Source of the DNA: Candidatus Eiseniibacteriota bacterium | Lineage (GTDB): Bacteria > Eisenbacteria > RBG-16-71-46 > JABDJR01 | DNA: 64,000 nucleotides | Reading direction: 5' to 3' | NCBI GenBank assembly: GCA_963762255.1 | Contig: CAVXKA010000003.1 | Location: forward strand, 288,001-352,000 | Part shown: positions 1-9,196 of the stretch, piece by piece | How the letters are laid out: each line of letters starts with the position of its first letter | How positions within the stretch are numbered: position 1 is the first letter of the stretch | Made by a program: the position numbers and the translations under genes | The notes under the pieces: generated by a model | Seen by the model: only the letters and a program-made list of their open reading frames with translations | Database searches by the model: none | What the model was told of the DNA's origin: nothing

Positions 1-589
1 TCGCGTCATCCAACGAGTAGCGCTTGGCCAGCGCGCCGAAGTCGGCGCCGGTCTCGGCCTCCCGAGCCACCCGGCGGGCTTCCGCCTCGCTCCCCAGGAG
101 GATGTGGCGCACCGCCACCCGCGATGGGGTGAGATAGAGATCCTGGTGCTGCATGTAGAACTCCTCGACCTCGGAGCGGGTCGGGGTGGCCTTGTCCTGC
201 AGCACGGTCTCCATGTAGTGGGTGGAAAGGAACTGCGACTCCAGAGCCGCGACCTGGTGCCGCTCGCCCTGGGTGAGCTTGAATCCTTCCTGGCGCGCGA
301 TCTCCGCCCACACGAACTGGTCGACCAGGCTCGCGAGTGCGACCTGAACGATGTCCGGATTCTTCATGTAGTTCTCGGTGTTCTCCGGGCTGCTGACCTT
401 GAGCATGTGGTTTCTCAGGTCTTCGGCGGTGACCGTCATGTCCCCCACCCGGGCCAACACGAGGCTCATCCGACCGGTGCTGTCCGGAGACTCCGTCCGG
501 GCCGCGGCCGACCCGCCGGTCTCCGGCTTCCGTCCGCATCCGGTCGCGATCAGGATCAAGAGCGCCGTCAGAACTGCATAGCGTTTCAT
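1..589 (-). CDS. PpiC/parvulin-type peptidyl-prolyl isomerase lipoprotein (PrsA/SurA-like), truncated by window edge
   Basis: Not in the ORF track (no stop in window). Manual translation from ATG at 589 gives MKRYAVLTALLILIATGC (lipobox), then VLARVGDMTVT and VRHILLGSEAEA...GADFGALAKRYSLD, typical of rotamases. Confidence 0.8.
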   Translation of the reverse strand, partial: MKRYAVLTALLILIATGCGRKPETGGSAAARTESPDSTGRMSLVLARVGDMTVTAEDLRNHMLKVSSPENTENYMKNPDIVQVALASLVDQFVWAEIARQEGFKLTQGERHQVAALESQFLSTHYMETVLQDKATPTRSEVEEFYMQHQDLYLTPSRVAVRHILLGSEAEARRVAREAETGADFGALAKRYSLDDA

Positions 590-608
590 GAGCACCCCGC
601 AGTCGCCG

Positions 609-1052
609 TCACTTCTTGACGACCCAGACCTTCACTTTTCCTTCCACGTCCTGAAACAGCTTGACCGGCACTGTATAGACGCCGAGCTGCTTGAGCGGCT
701 CATCGAGGACGATCTTGCGCTTGTCGACCTCGATGCCCTGCGCGTTGAGCGCTTCCGCGATATCCGCGGAGGTCACCGACCCGAACAGGCGGTCCTCCTC
801 GCCGACTTCGACGGGAATGTGAACGGAGACGTTCTCGAAACGCTTCGCCGATTCCTCCGCCTTGCGGCGCGTCTTGGTCTCGCGATGAACGCGCTGCCGG
901 TCCAGCTCACTGAAGATCTTCGCTCCCGCACCGGCCGCAGAGATGGCGAGCTGGTTGGGGATGAGGTAGTTGCGGGCGTAGCCGGGCGACACGTTGACCT
1001 TCTGCCCGCGCTGCCCCATTCCCTTGACGTTTTCGAGCAGGATGATTTCCAT
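609..1052 (-). CDS. rplI: 50S ribosomal protein L9
   Basis: MEIILLENVKGMG, GYARNYLIP, RLFGSVT; follows rpsR. Confidence 0.98.
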   Translation of the reverse strand: MEIILLENVKGMGQRGQKVNVSPGYARNYLIPNQLAISAAGAGAKIFSELDRQRVHRETKTRRKAEESAKRFENVSVHIPVEVGEEDRLFGSVTSADIAEALNAQGIEVDKRKIVLDEPLKQLGVYTVPVKLFQDVEGKVKVWVVKK

Positions 1053-1070
1053 CTCGGCTTCCTCCCTCGC

Positions 1071-1313
1071 TCAGCGAAGCTGGTCGTTGGTGTACGGAAG
1101 AAGCGCGAGCACCCGCGCGCGCTTGATCGCGCGCGTGATCTGCGCCTGATGACGGGAGCAGGAACCCGACACCCGGCGCGGCACGATCTTCCCGTGGTCG
1201 GTGATGAACCGCTGCAGCTTGCGCTCGTCCTTGTAGTCGACAAACGTCACCTTCTCGAAACACAATTTGCAGTACTTCTTCTTCGGAATCCGGGGACCCT
1301 TGGTCTTGGGCAC
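1071..1313 (-). CDS. rpsR: 30S ribosomal protein S18 (Zn-binding C+ type)
   Basis: CKLC..VDYKD..GKIVPRRVSGSCSRHQ..AIKRAR. GTG at 1313 is better spaced from GGAGG than TTG at 1319. Confidence 0.97.
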   Translation of the reverse strand: MPKTKGPRIPKKKYCKLCFEKVTFVDYKDERKLQRFITDHGKIVPRRVSGSCSRHQAQITRAIKRARVLALLPYTNDQLR

Positions 1314-1347
1314 GATCAACCTCCCTTATATGCCGGGCTCTGCCGGC

Positions 1348-1716
1348 CTATTCCTCGCCGTCGCCGTCGGCATCGACGTCATCGCGGAGACCCTCTTCCC
1401 GCTCCGGCCCGAGCTCGCCCGCCGGCGGGGCCTCGTGCAGCACGGTCAGGAACCGGATCATGTTCTCGTTGAGCCGATAGCGGCGGTTCAGTTCGGCGGG
1501 CAATTCCGATGTGCTCTTGAAGCGGATGAGGGTGTAGATCCCCTCCTTGCGTCGGTTGACCTCGTAGGCCAGCTTGCGGCGTCCCCACTTCTGAATCTCG
1601 GTGATCTCTCCGCTACGTGTCGTGATGAACTCCCGGATCTTCTCGACCTCCACGTCCACGCGGGCGTCATCGACCGCCGGATCCAGGACGAAGATGCTCT
1701 CGTACTCTTTCATCAT
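1348..1716 (-). CDS. rpsF: 30S ribosomal protein S6
   Basis: YESIFVLDP, KWGRRKLAYEV, EGIY, IRFLTV, acidic tail. Confidence 0.98.
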   Translation of the reverse strand: MMKEYESIFVLDPAVDDARVDVEVEKIREFITTRSGEITEIQKWGRRKLAYEVNRRKEGIYTLIRFKSTSELPAELNRRYRLNENMIRFLTVLHEAPPAGELGPEREEGLRDDVDADGDGEE

Positions 1717-1726
1717 ATGTCTCTCC

Positions 1727-2308
1727 TCAGGTGGTCCTGGGAACGTTGAAACGGTTCATGGCTGTCTCCGGACCCTCCGAAAGGAAGGTCCTCACTCCCG
1801 CGGCGGCCGCCTCCAGCCAGGGCCCGATCGCCGCCTCTTCTTCGGGAGCGAATGGCTCCAAGACGTATTCGCGCAAGTCCCGACCATCCGGCGCGCCGCC
1901 GACCCCCAACCGCAGTCGCGGCACCTCCTCGGTGCCCAGTCGGTCCAGGATCGACTCCAACCCGCGGTGTCCGCCCGCGCTCCCCCGCGCCCGAAACCGA
2001 ATGGCGCCGAACGGAAGCGCGGCATCGTCGAGCACCACCAAGTGCCCGACCGGTCCTGCCGCGGCCGATTCCGGAAACCGAAGAAGCGCGTCGCCGCTTC
2101 GGTTCATCATGGTGGTGGGCCGGAAGAGTGCGACTCGCGTCTCCCCCTCCACGGCCCAACTCACCCGGTACCCGGCCTCCGCGTGTTCCGGCCCCGCTTT
2201 CATTTCCCGGGCCAGGACATCCAGGAGGCGGAAACCGATGTTGTGACGGGTCGGCGCATACCGGGGTCCAGGATTGCCCAACCCGACCACAACTCGAATC
2301 TCCGGCAA
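1727..2308 (-). CDS. pth: peptidyl-tRNA hydrolase
   Basis: VVGLGNPG..YAPTRHNIGF, MNRSG, GSAGGHRGL, RLRLGVG. Confidence 0.96.
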   Translation of the reverse strand: MPEIRVVVGLGNPGPRYAPTRHNIGFRLLDVLAREMKAGPEHAEAGYRVSWAVEGETRVALFRPTTMMNRSGDALLRFPESAAAGPVGHLVVLDDAALPFGAIRFRARGSAGGHRGLESILDRLGTEEVPRLRLGVGGAPDGRDLREYVLEPFAPEEEAAIGPWLEAAAAGVRTFLSEGPETAMNRFNVPRTT

Positions 2309-2311
2309 GGG

Positions 2312-2980
2312 CTACTCCTTCTCGTCGCCCTTCCCTTCCTCGTCTTCCTTCTTCTTACCGACCAGCTCGGGCTCGACAGCGGTCTCCGTCGTCTCCCCGG
2401 CCACCGGCTCCTTGGTGATCGTCGGCGGCACCACCGAAGCGATCGCCACCGTCGTCTCCTCGAGGATCTCGACGTCGGGAATACTGAGATCGCTCACGTG
2501 CAGCGAGTCGCCGATCATGAGCTGCGACACGTCCACGGTGATTTGGTCGGGGATGTTCGCCGCGAGACACTTGATGAGGAGCGAGCGCACCGCGTGCTGC
2601 AGGATGCCCCCGAACTCCTTCACCCCCACCGGCATCCCCGTCACGTTGACCGGCACTTCGACTTCAATGCGCTCGGTCATCGAGATGCGATTGAGGTCCA
2701 CGTGGACTACTTCCTGGGTGAGGGGATCGACCTGGACCTCGCGGATCAGGGTCTTCACCGCTTCCGACTCTCCGCTGACCATGAAGTCGATGATCAGGTT
2801 GGAGATGGTGTGCCCCTTTACGAGACGCAGGAACTCACGCCCGTCGAACTCGACGAGCACCGGATCCTTGCGCTCGCCGTAGAGGATTCCGGGCACCCCG
2901 CCGTTCTGGCGGATCTTGCGAGCCGCGCCCTTCCCGGTGCCGGTGCGGACCTTTGCGTTCAGCTGGACCGTCGTTGACAT
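2312..2980 (-). CDS. rplY: 50S ribosomal protein L25/Ctc (long form)
   Basis: GKGAARKIR, VPGILYG, EVQVDP..HVD, GVKEFGG; sits in prs-rplY-pth synteny. Confidence 0.96.
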   Translation of the reverse strand: MSTTVQLNAKVRTGTGKGAARKIRQNGGVPGILYGERKDPVLVEFDGREFLRLVKGHTISNLIIDFMVSGESEAVKTLIREVQVDPLTQEVVHVDLNRISMTERIEVEVPVNVTGMPVGVKEFGGILQHAVRSLLIKCLAANIPDQITVDVSQLMIGDSLHVSDLSIPDVEILEETTVAIASVVPPTITKEPVAGETTETAVEPELVGKKKEDEEGKGDEKE

Positions 2981-3041
2981 CTTGGTTCTCTCCTTCTCGC
3001 TGCGCGCCCGTCCCGGAAGGGACGGACCGGTTCCGCCCGCG

Positions 3042-3986
3042 TCAAATGAAAAGCGAGCTCAAAGACTCTTCCTGATGGATGCGGTGAATGGCCTCGCCGA
3101 GGATCCTCGCCACCGAGAGTATCTCCACTCGATCGGTGTGCGCCGCCAGCTCGGCCGGGTCGCGATAGATGGTGTCGGTCACTGCGAGGCTGGAAATGTC
3201 CGAACGGTTGAGTTTCTCGTAGGCGCTTTCGGAGAAGACCGCGTGGGTCACGCAGGCCATGATCTTCTGGGCGCCGCGCTCCTTGAGGGCGCGGGCCGCC
3301 TTGATCAGCGTTCCCCCGGTCGAGATGATGTCGTCGAAGATCACCACGTTCTTGCCGTTCACGTCGCCGATGACGTTCATCACGTCGATCTCGTCGTGGC
3401 GGGGACGCCGTTTGTCGATGAGGGCGAGCGGGGCCTCGAGCCGGGTGGCGTAGGCACGGGCCATCTTGACGCTGCCGATGTCGGGGGCCACCACCACGAG
3501 ATTGGACGGGAAGCGCGACTTGACGTGCTCCACAAACACCGGGGACGCGTAGAGATGGTCGAAGGGGATGTCGAAGAACCCCTGGATCTGGGCCGAGTGC
3601 AGATCCATGGTGAGTACCCGCTCCGCCCCCGCCGTGGTCATGAGATTGGCCATGAGCTTGGCGGTGATGGGCACCCGCGGCTGATCCTTGCGGTCCTGTC
3701 GCGCGTAGCCGAAGTACGGAATCACGGCGGTAACTCGGCGGGGCGACGCGCGTCGGATCGCGTCGAGCATGACGAGCAACTCCATGATGTTGCGGGCGGG
3801 GGAATTCGTGGACTGGATGACGAAGACGTCGTGTCCGCGGATGTTCTCCGTGATCTTGACCCAGGTCTCCCCGTCCGCGAAGTCACGCACGTCCGCCTCC
3901 CCCAAGGGTCGCTTGAGGTAGCGGCAGATCTCCTGCGCGAGCGGACGGTTCGCGTTTCCGGAGAAGATCTTGAGCATGCTGTCCAA
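3042..3986 (-). CDS. prs: ribose-phosphate pyrophosphokinase
   Basis: FADGE, PYFGYARQDRK, DLHSAQIQGFF, VAPDIG, DKRR, DDIISTGGT. Start is TTG 3986 or ATG 3977. Confidence 0.98.
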   Translation of the reverse strand: MDSMLKIFSGNANRPLAQEICRYLKRPLGEADVRDFADGETWVKITENIRGHDVFVIQSTNSPARNIMELLVMLDAIRRASPRRVTAVIPYFGYARQDRKDQPRVPITAKLMANLMTTAGAERVLTMDLHSAQIQGFFDIPFDHLYASPVFVEHVKSRFPSNLVVVAPDIGSVKMARAYATRLEAPLALIDKRRPRHDEIDVMNVIGDVNGKNVVIFDDIISTGGTLIKAARALKERGAQKIMACVTHAVFSESAYEKLNRSDISSLAVTDTIYRDPAELAAHTDRVEILSVARILGEAIHRIHQEESLSSLFI

Positions 3987-4294
3987 GGCGGTCTCCCCCC
4001 GGCGGCGTCCTCGGGAGCCGAGGCTCTCGCGGACGGCGGCCATGTGCGGACACGGATCGCCCGGCGCTCGCGCCGCGCGCAGTGTCGAATGTCGAATCAA
4101 GGAATGCGGGCGCGCCCGGCGCCCTAGGCTCGACGTATCCGGAAGTCCCGAAGCCGGCCTGTCCCGAGTCTCGCTCGAACGGCACGCACGCGGCAGTGGA
4201 TAAGCCGCGGATCTAAGGTGAGATACGACCTCGGATACGTCCGCTCGTCCCCGATCACTTAGCCCGGGGCATGCTGCGAAACTCGCTGGAGTCC

Positions 4295-4582
4295 CTAGGA
4301 CTCCTGGCTCGGCCGGGGAACTCCGGCACGAAGCATGCGATTGTACTCGGCCAAGACCGTGTCTTCAACGACTTTTCTGAACTCCGGCAGGATGGGGTGG
4401 GCCACGTCCTGGAAGGACCCATTCCGGCGCCGGCGGTTGGGCATGGCCAGGAGAAGGTGCCCCTCGTCCGTCACGATCACCTTGATCCCGTGGACGACAA
4501 AGGAGTCATCAAAAACCAAGCTCACGTAGGCCCGCACGCGCGGGTCGTGTCTGAGGCTTACGCGAACCTCGGTGATAGTCAT
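4295..4582 (-). CDS. spoVG: SpoVG family nucleic-acid-binding protein
   Basis: ITEVRV, AYVSLVFDDSFVVHGIKV, LAMPNRR, FQDVAHPI. Confidence 0.93.
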   Translation of the reverse strand: MTITEVRVSLRHDPRVRAYVSLVFDDSFVVHGIKVIVTDEGHLLLAMPNRRRRNGSFQDVAHPILPEFRKVVEDTVLAEYNRMLRAGVPRPSQES

Positions 4583-4705
4583 CAGATCTCCGCCGGGAGG
4601 GTGGGACGGTGAACGCCCGGACGGGCGCTACCGTTCCAACCTGGCCAGTCACGCCTCCACGGGCGGTGGCCCACCGGGACCCGGTAGGACAGCCGCGCGT
4701 ATCGG

Positions 4706-5629
4706 CTATGAAATGACCCTGGCCCCGTGCCTCACCGGAGCACAGGCCGAAAGCCTGCACCCCGTGCACGTCCCCTCTGCGGCGAGCCATCGTTCGGCGG
4801 TCCCCTGGGTCTCATGGAGAGCGAACTGAGTCGAGCCGCTCCCCGTGAGACTTACCGCCATGGCGCCGCGCGCGAGAAGTTCGTGCCGGATCGTGGCCAG
4901 CCGGGGTTCTATCCGGACTACCCCGACGTACAGGTCGTTGACTAGATGGTCGACGAACCGCTTGCGATCGCCCTGCATCAGGGCATCGAGCAGCAGATTG
5001 ATGCTCGCGTCCGAAAAAGTCAAGTTTTCTGACAGTTGTTGAAAGGCCGCAGCGGTGGAAATCCGAAAGGGCGGGACGGCAAGGAGCCAGCCGAAATCCG
5101 GGGGTGGAGGCAGCGAGATCAGACGCTCGCCCCGGCCCTCCCCCAGCGCCGTGCCTCCCATCAGGAAGAAAGGCACGTCGGAGCCGAGCGCCAACGCGAG
5201 GCGGGCGGTCTCCTCCGGGTCCGGGTCCAGGCCCCAGATGCGTTCCAGACCCAGGAGCGCCGCCGCGGCATCGCTGGACCCCCCGCCCAGGCCTCCCCCC
5301 ACCGGTACGTTCTTGACCAACCGCATCTGGACCCCTCGCCCGGGCGCACGTCGGCGGGCCATCAATTCCGCCGCGCGCCGCACGAGGTTCTGCTCCGGAG
5401 GGCCTGAGGCTTCGGCCTCGGGCCCTTCCACGAGGAGGTCCACCCCCGCACCTGGACGTCGGTCCCGCATGAAGAGGCGGTCAGCGAGGTCGATCGCCTG
5501 GAAGACGGTCCGCAGCTCGTGATAGCCGTCCTCGCGCCGCCCCGCGACGTGAAGAGCCAGGTTGAGCTTGGCCGGCGCTTCGGCCTCGAGATCCCAGGAC
5601 CCGCGCGAGGGATCAGAGCCGGCCGGCAT
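4706..5629 (-). CDS. ispE: 4-diphosphocytidyl-2-C-methyl-D-erythritol kinase
   Basis: APAKLNLAL, DGYHEL, PVGGGLGGGSSDAA, LGSDVPFF, LTGSGS. Confidence 0.95.
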   Translation of the reverse strand: MPAGSDPSRGSWDLEAEAPAKLNLALHVAGRREDGYHELRTVFQAIDLADRLFMRDRRPGAGVDLLVEGPEAEASGPPEQNLVRRAAELMARRRAPGRGVQMRLVKNVPVGGGLGGGSSDAAAALLGLERIWGLDPDPEETARLALALGSDVPFFLMGGTALGEGRGERLISLPPPPDFGWLLAVPPFRISTAAAFQQLSENLTFSDASINLLLDALMQGDRKRFVDHLVNDLYVGVVRIEPRLATIRHELLARGAMAVSLTGSGSTQFALHETQGTAERWLAAEGTCTGCRLSACAPVRHGARVIS

Positions 5630-6509
5630 AGATCACCACAACCACGGTGGCGAGCCAGCCGAGCGTGGTGAGGAGAATCGGAAGATCGCGATAGAAGGTG
5701 CGGCTGGGGCTCCCTCCCTGCTCGCGCTCCCAGATGAGGTAGAGATAGCGAAAGACTCCGTACACCACGAAGGGAATCGTGTACACGAGCGACGGGGTGT
5801 GGAACTTCGAGACCGTGCCGGGTGCGACGGTGTAGATCGCGTACGCGAGAAGCGTCCCCGCGGTGACGATCGCAATGAGCTGATCGAGAAATCCCTTGGA
5901 GTACTCGCGCAGCGTCGCGCGATGCCCGGAGGCGTCGGTCTCCAGGAGAACGAGTTCATGACGGCGCTTGCCGAGTCCAAGGAAGAGCGCGAGGAAGAAC
6001 GTGCATACCAGGAGCCACGGCGAGATCTCTATCGTGGGGTCGAGCGGGCGAAGGGCCATGACCCCACCGATGGCGCGGATCACGAAGGAGATCGCGATCA
6101 GGAGCACGTCGAGAATCACCACGTTCTTGAGCCAGAGCGAGTACCCCACGTTGACTAGGTAGAACATCCCGAGCACGCCGAGAAACGACGCGCCGAGGCG
6201 TCCGCCGAGCACCGCGGAGGCGACGAGCAGCACCGCGAGAACCGTCAAGGCGGATCGCGGCCGCAGCCGACCCGACGCAATGGGGCGGTTCCGCTTGGTG
6301 GGGTGCAGGCGATCCCGCTCGACATCGCAGAGATCGTTGAGCACGTAGATGGCCGAGGACGCCAGGCAGAAGGTCACGAACCCACCGAGTGCGCGCAGTG
6401 CAAACGCCGGATCGAGAAGATGCACGGAGAAGACGAGCCCGGCGAAGAGGATGCCGTTCTTGCTCCACTGCCATGGGCGCAGGAGCTGCGCGACGTCGCG
6501 GAGGCTCAC
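5613..6509 (-). CDS. UbiA-family prenyltransferase (decaprenyl-phosphate phosphoribosyltransferase-like)
   Basis: LRPWQWSKN, YVLNDLCDVERDRLHPTKRNRPIASG, YSLWLK, KRRHE; many TM helices. GTG start overlaps the gmhA stop. Confidence 0.88.
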   Translation of the reverse strand: MSLRDVAQLLRPWQWSKNGILFAGLVFSVHLLDPAFALRALGGFVTFCLASSAIYVLNDLCDVERDRLHPTKRNRPIASGRLRPRSALTVLAVLLVASAVLGGRLGASFLGVLGMFYLVNVGYSLWLKNVVILDVLLIAISFVIRAIGGVMALRPLDPTIEISPWLLVCTFFLALFLGLGKRRHELVLLETDASGHRATLREYSKGFLDQLIAIVTAGTLLAYAIYTVAPGTVSKFHTPSLVYTIPFVVYGVFRYLYLIWEREQGGSPSRTFYRDLPILLTTLGWLATVVVVIYAGRL

Positions 6510-7102
6510 GCCCGGCTCCCTCCGAAGAAGGCACTCTCGACAAACTGGCAGAGGAGGTGCCCGGCGCAGATGTGCGCTTCCTGGATCCGGGCGACGTTTT
6601 CGCTCGGGACCACCAGAGCGGTGTCGCAAGCCCGGGCAAAGGCCCCGCCGAGGGCCCCGGTCATGCCGACAACCGCCAGTCCCTTCTCGCGAGCCTTCTT
6701 CACCGCCTCAACCACGTTGGCGCTGCCGCCGCTGGTGGAGATGGCGAGAAGCACATCCCCCTTTCGGCCGAGACCGTCGAGCTGGCGCGAGAACACTTCG
6801 CGATAGGCGTAGTCGTTACCGATGGCGGTGAGCGCGGAGGTGTTCACGGTCAGCGCCATCGCGGCCAACCCGGGACGCTCGAGATAGAACCTCCCCGAGA
6901 GTTCGGCCGCGATGTGTTGCGCATCGGCGGCGCTCCCTCCGTTCCCGCACGTGAACAGGGTGCCGCCGCCGCGCAAGGCCGCCTCCACGATCTCTGCCGC
7001 CCGCACCACGAACTCAGCCTGCTCGTCTCCCACTTGGCGAAGCACGCGGGCCGATTCCTCGAACTCCACACGCACCAGCGCGAGCGCCTGTTCCCGATTC
7101 AC
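6506..7102 (-). CDS. gmhA: D-sedoheptulose-7-phosphate isomerase
   Basis: CGNGGSAADAQH, TAIGNDY, ISTSGGS, ARIQEAH. GTG start overlaps the rfbD stop. Confidence 0.93.
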   Translation of the reverse strand: MNREQALALVRVEFEESARVLRQVGDEQAEFVVRAAEIVEAALRGGGTLFTCGNGGSAADAQHIAAELSGRFYLERPGLAAMALTVNTSALTAIGNDYAYREVFSRQLDGLGRKGDVLLAISTSGGSANVVEAVKKAREKGLAVVGMTGALGGAFARACDTALVVPSENVARIQEAHICAGHLLCQFVESAFFGGSRA

Positions 7103-7980
7103 GATGCCTCCTTGTCGGCGACCGGTGCGGCCGCGATCCCGCGCCCGCCTAGATAGTCCGCCAGCGCGTCGCGCCAGGGACGCAGCGCCACCCCGTAGCG
7201 AGCCTGGGCCCGCGAGCAGTCGAGCGCCGAATACGCGGGACGCGTGGCAGGACGACCGAGTCCGGCGGTGGTGGCGGGGCGGACCTTCGCCGGGTCGCCC
7301 CCGGCGAGGCGCACCGACTCCCGGGCGAGATCGCACCACGTAGCGCTCCCGGCGTTGGCCAGGTGCAGCAGACCCTCGGCGCGCGCATCGACGAGACACG
7401 CGAGGCCCTCGGCGAGGTCGGCGACGAAGGTGGGAGATCCGGTTTGATCGTTCACCACCACCAAGGTCTCCTGCCGGGCGGCGAGGTCGAGAATCGTATC
7501 CACAAAGTTCCTGCCGCCGGAGCCGTAGAGCCACGCGCTCCGCACGATCGCCCAGCGCGGGGCGCCCGCGCGCACCGCCTGCTCGCCGGCGAGCTTGCTC
7601 CCCCCGTACACGCTCAAGGGCGCGGTCGCGTCGTCTTCGGTGTAGGGCGATCGCTTCGCACCGTCGAAGACGTAGTCCGTGGAGAGCGCGAGAACCGAGG
7701 CGTTCACGCGTTGCGCTTCCTCCGCAACCGCGCGCGAGCCGATCTCGTTGACGCGAAACGCCTCCTCCGGCTCGGTCTCGCAGCGATCGACGGCGGTCAT
7801 CGCCGCCAGATGCACCACGCAGTCCGGCCGGAACGCACCGAGGCGATCCCGCAGGAAGGCGGTGTCGGTGATGTCGGCGTCGACGACGCTCATGCCGCTC
7901 ACCTCGTGGCCGTGCGCGCGTAGCGCCGGAACGAGGGCCGAGCCCAAGAGGCCATCCCAGCCGGTCACGTAGACCCGCAC
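7099..7980 (-). CDS. rfbD: dTDP-4-dehydrorhamnose reductase
   Basis: VTGWDGLLG, HLAAMTAVD, STDYVFDG, YGGSK, DQTGSPT, RPAYSALD. The track ORF 7099..9051 has a spurious N-terminal extension. Confidence 0.93.
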   Translation of the reverse strand: MRVYVTGWDGLLGSALVPALRAHGHEVSGMSVVDADITDTAFLRDRLGAFRPDCVVHLAAMTAVDRCETEPEEAFRVNEIGSRAVAEEAQRVNASVLALSTDYVFDGAKRSPYTEDDATAPLSVYGGSKLAGEQAVRAGAPRWAIVRSAWLYGSGGRNFVDTILDLAARQETLVVVNDQTGSPTFVADLAEGLACLVDARAEGLLHLANAGSATWCDLARESVRLAGGDPAKVRPATTAGLGRPATRPAYSALDCSRAQARYGVALRPWRDALADYLGGRGIAAAPVADKEAS

Positions 7981-9044
7981 TAGCACACCTCGATCCGGCC
8001 CAGGTCTCCGACCAGGAAGCGGTACGTGGCGGGTCGGCCTTCGCTGCGCAAGATCTCCACCGAGCGCCCGAGAAGGCTCGACTCCATGCGATGGCCGAGG
8101 CCGATGACCTTGGCGTTCTCGAGAAGGATCGAGTGCTCGACCTCGCTCCCCCGGATCTCCACGCCGTCGTGCAGGGAGGTGAACGGGCCCACGAAGGCGT
8201 CCTCGATGACGCAGTTCCTGCCCACGATGAGGGGCCCGCGCAGCGTGCTCTTCACGATGCGGGTGCCGGCGCCGATCACGACGTCCCCCTCGATGCGGCT
8301 CGCCGAGTCCACGTCGCCCTCGATGCGCGTGCCCAGGCCCGTGAGCACGATGCGATTGGCCTCGAGCATGTCCTCGAGCTTGCCGGTGTCCTTCCACCAC
8401 CCGCCGATGATGTGGCTGCGCACGTCCATCTTCTGATCGATGAGGTACTGGATCGCGTCGGTGATCTCCAGCTCGCCGCGGGCGGAGGGCCGGATGGCGT
8501 CCACCGCGTCGAACACGGTGGCGTCGAACATGTAGACGCCGACCAGCGCGAGGTCGGAGCGCGGCGTCTTCGGCTTCTCCTCCAGACGCACCACGCGGTT
8601 CCCTTCGAGTTCGGCGACCCCGAACTCCTGCGGGTTCTTCACGTGGGCGAGCAGGATCTGGCAGTTGGGGCGTTCCTTCTGGAACTCCCGGACGAGCGGG
8701 GTGATGCCGTCCTTGATGAGGTTGTCGCCGAGGAACATCACGAAGGGATCGTCGCGCAGGTAGTCGCGGCTCATCTTCACCGCGTGCGCGAGCCCGAGCG
8801 GGGCGTCCTGGTGGATGTAGGTCACGCGGATGCCGAACCGCGAACCGTCCCCCACCGCGGCGCGGATCTCCTCGTGAGTGTCCCCGACCACGATGCCGAC
8901 GTCGGTGATGCCGGCGTCGCGGATGGCCTCGATGCCGTAGAAGAGGATGGGCTTGTTGGCCACCGGCACGAGCTGCTTGGCGCTCGTGAAGGTGATGGGA
9001 CGCAGTCGCGTCCCCTTGCCGCCGCTCAGGATGAGGGCCTTGAT
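7980..9044 (-). CDS. rfbA: glucose-1-phosphate thymidylyltransferase (long RmlA form); apparent ATC start
   Basis: The frame extends upstream of the track start to (I)KALILSGGKGTRLRPITFTSAKQLVPVANKP, with GGAGG 6 nt before ATC. Also contains LGDN, EEKP, SARGELEITDA and WWKDTG. Confidence 0.93.
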   Translation of the reverse strand: MKALILSGGKGTRLRPITFTSAKQLVPVANKPILFYGIEAIRDAGITDVGIVVGDTHEEIRAAVGDGSRFGIRVTYIHQDAPLGLAHAVKMSRDYLRDDPFVMFLGDNLIKDGITPLVREFQKERPNCQILLAHVKNPQEFGVAELEGNRVVRLEEKPKTPRSDLALVGVYMFDATVFDAVDAIRPSARGELEITDAIQYLIDQKMDVRSHIIGGWWKDTGKLEDMLEANRIVLTGLGTRIEGDVDSASRIEGDVVIGAGTRIVKSTLRGPLIVGRNCVIEDAFVGPFTSLHDGVEIRGSEVEHSILLENAKVIGLGHRMESSLLGRSVEILRSEGRPATYRFLVGDLGRIEVC

Positions 9045-9115
9045 GGTGCACCTCCGGGAGTGTGGGGGGGTCGAGCCGGCTCCGACCGAGGCCAGCGCGG
9101 CACGTGCAAGCGATG

Positions 9116-9145
9116 AAGCTATCAGAGCGGCGGAATCACGGTCAA
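9116..9145 (-). promoter_or_regulatory. putative sigma70 promoter for the rfbA operon
   Basis: TTGACC-N18-TAGCTT with TG extended -10 on the minus strand, about 70 nt upstream of rfbA. Confidence 0.45.
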
Positions 9146-9196
9146 CGCGGGGAGTTGCGGGGCACCGAGGATGAATGGGCCACGGAGTGGATGCGC

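Noticed and set aside
1320-1347. ssb/priB between rpsF and rpsR
   Set aside because: The gap is only about 30 bp. Absence of this gene is common and not notable.
3990-4294. tRNA-Gln expected upstream of prs
   Set aside because: No cloverleaf with a T-loop and acceptor stem could be built on either strand.
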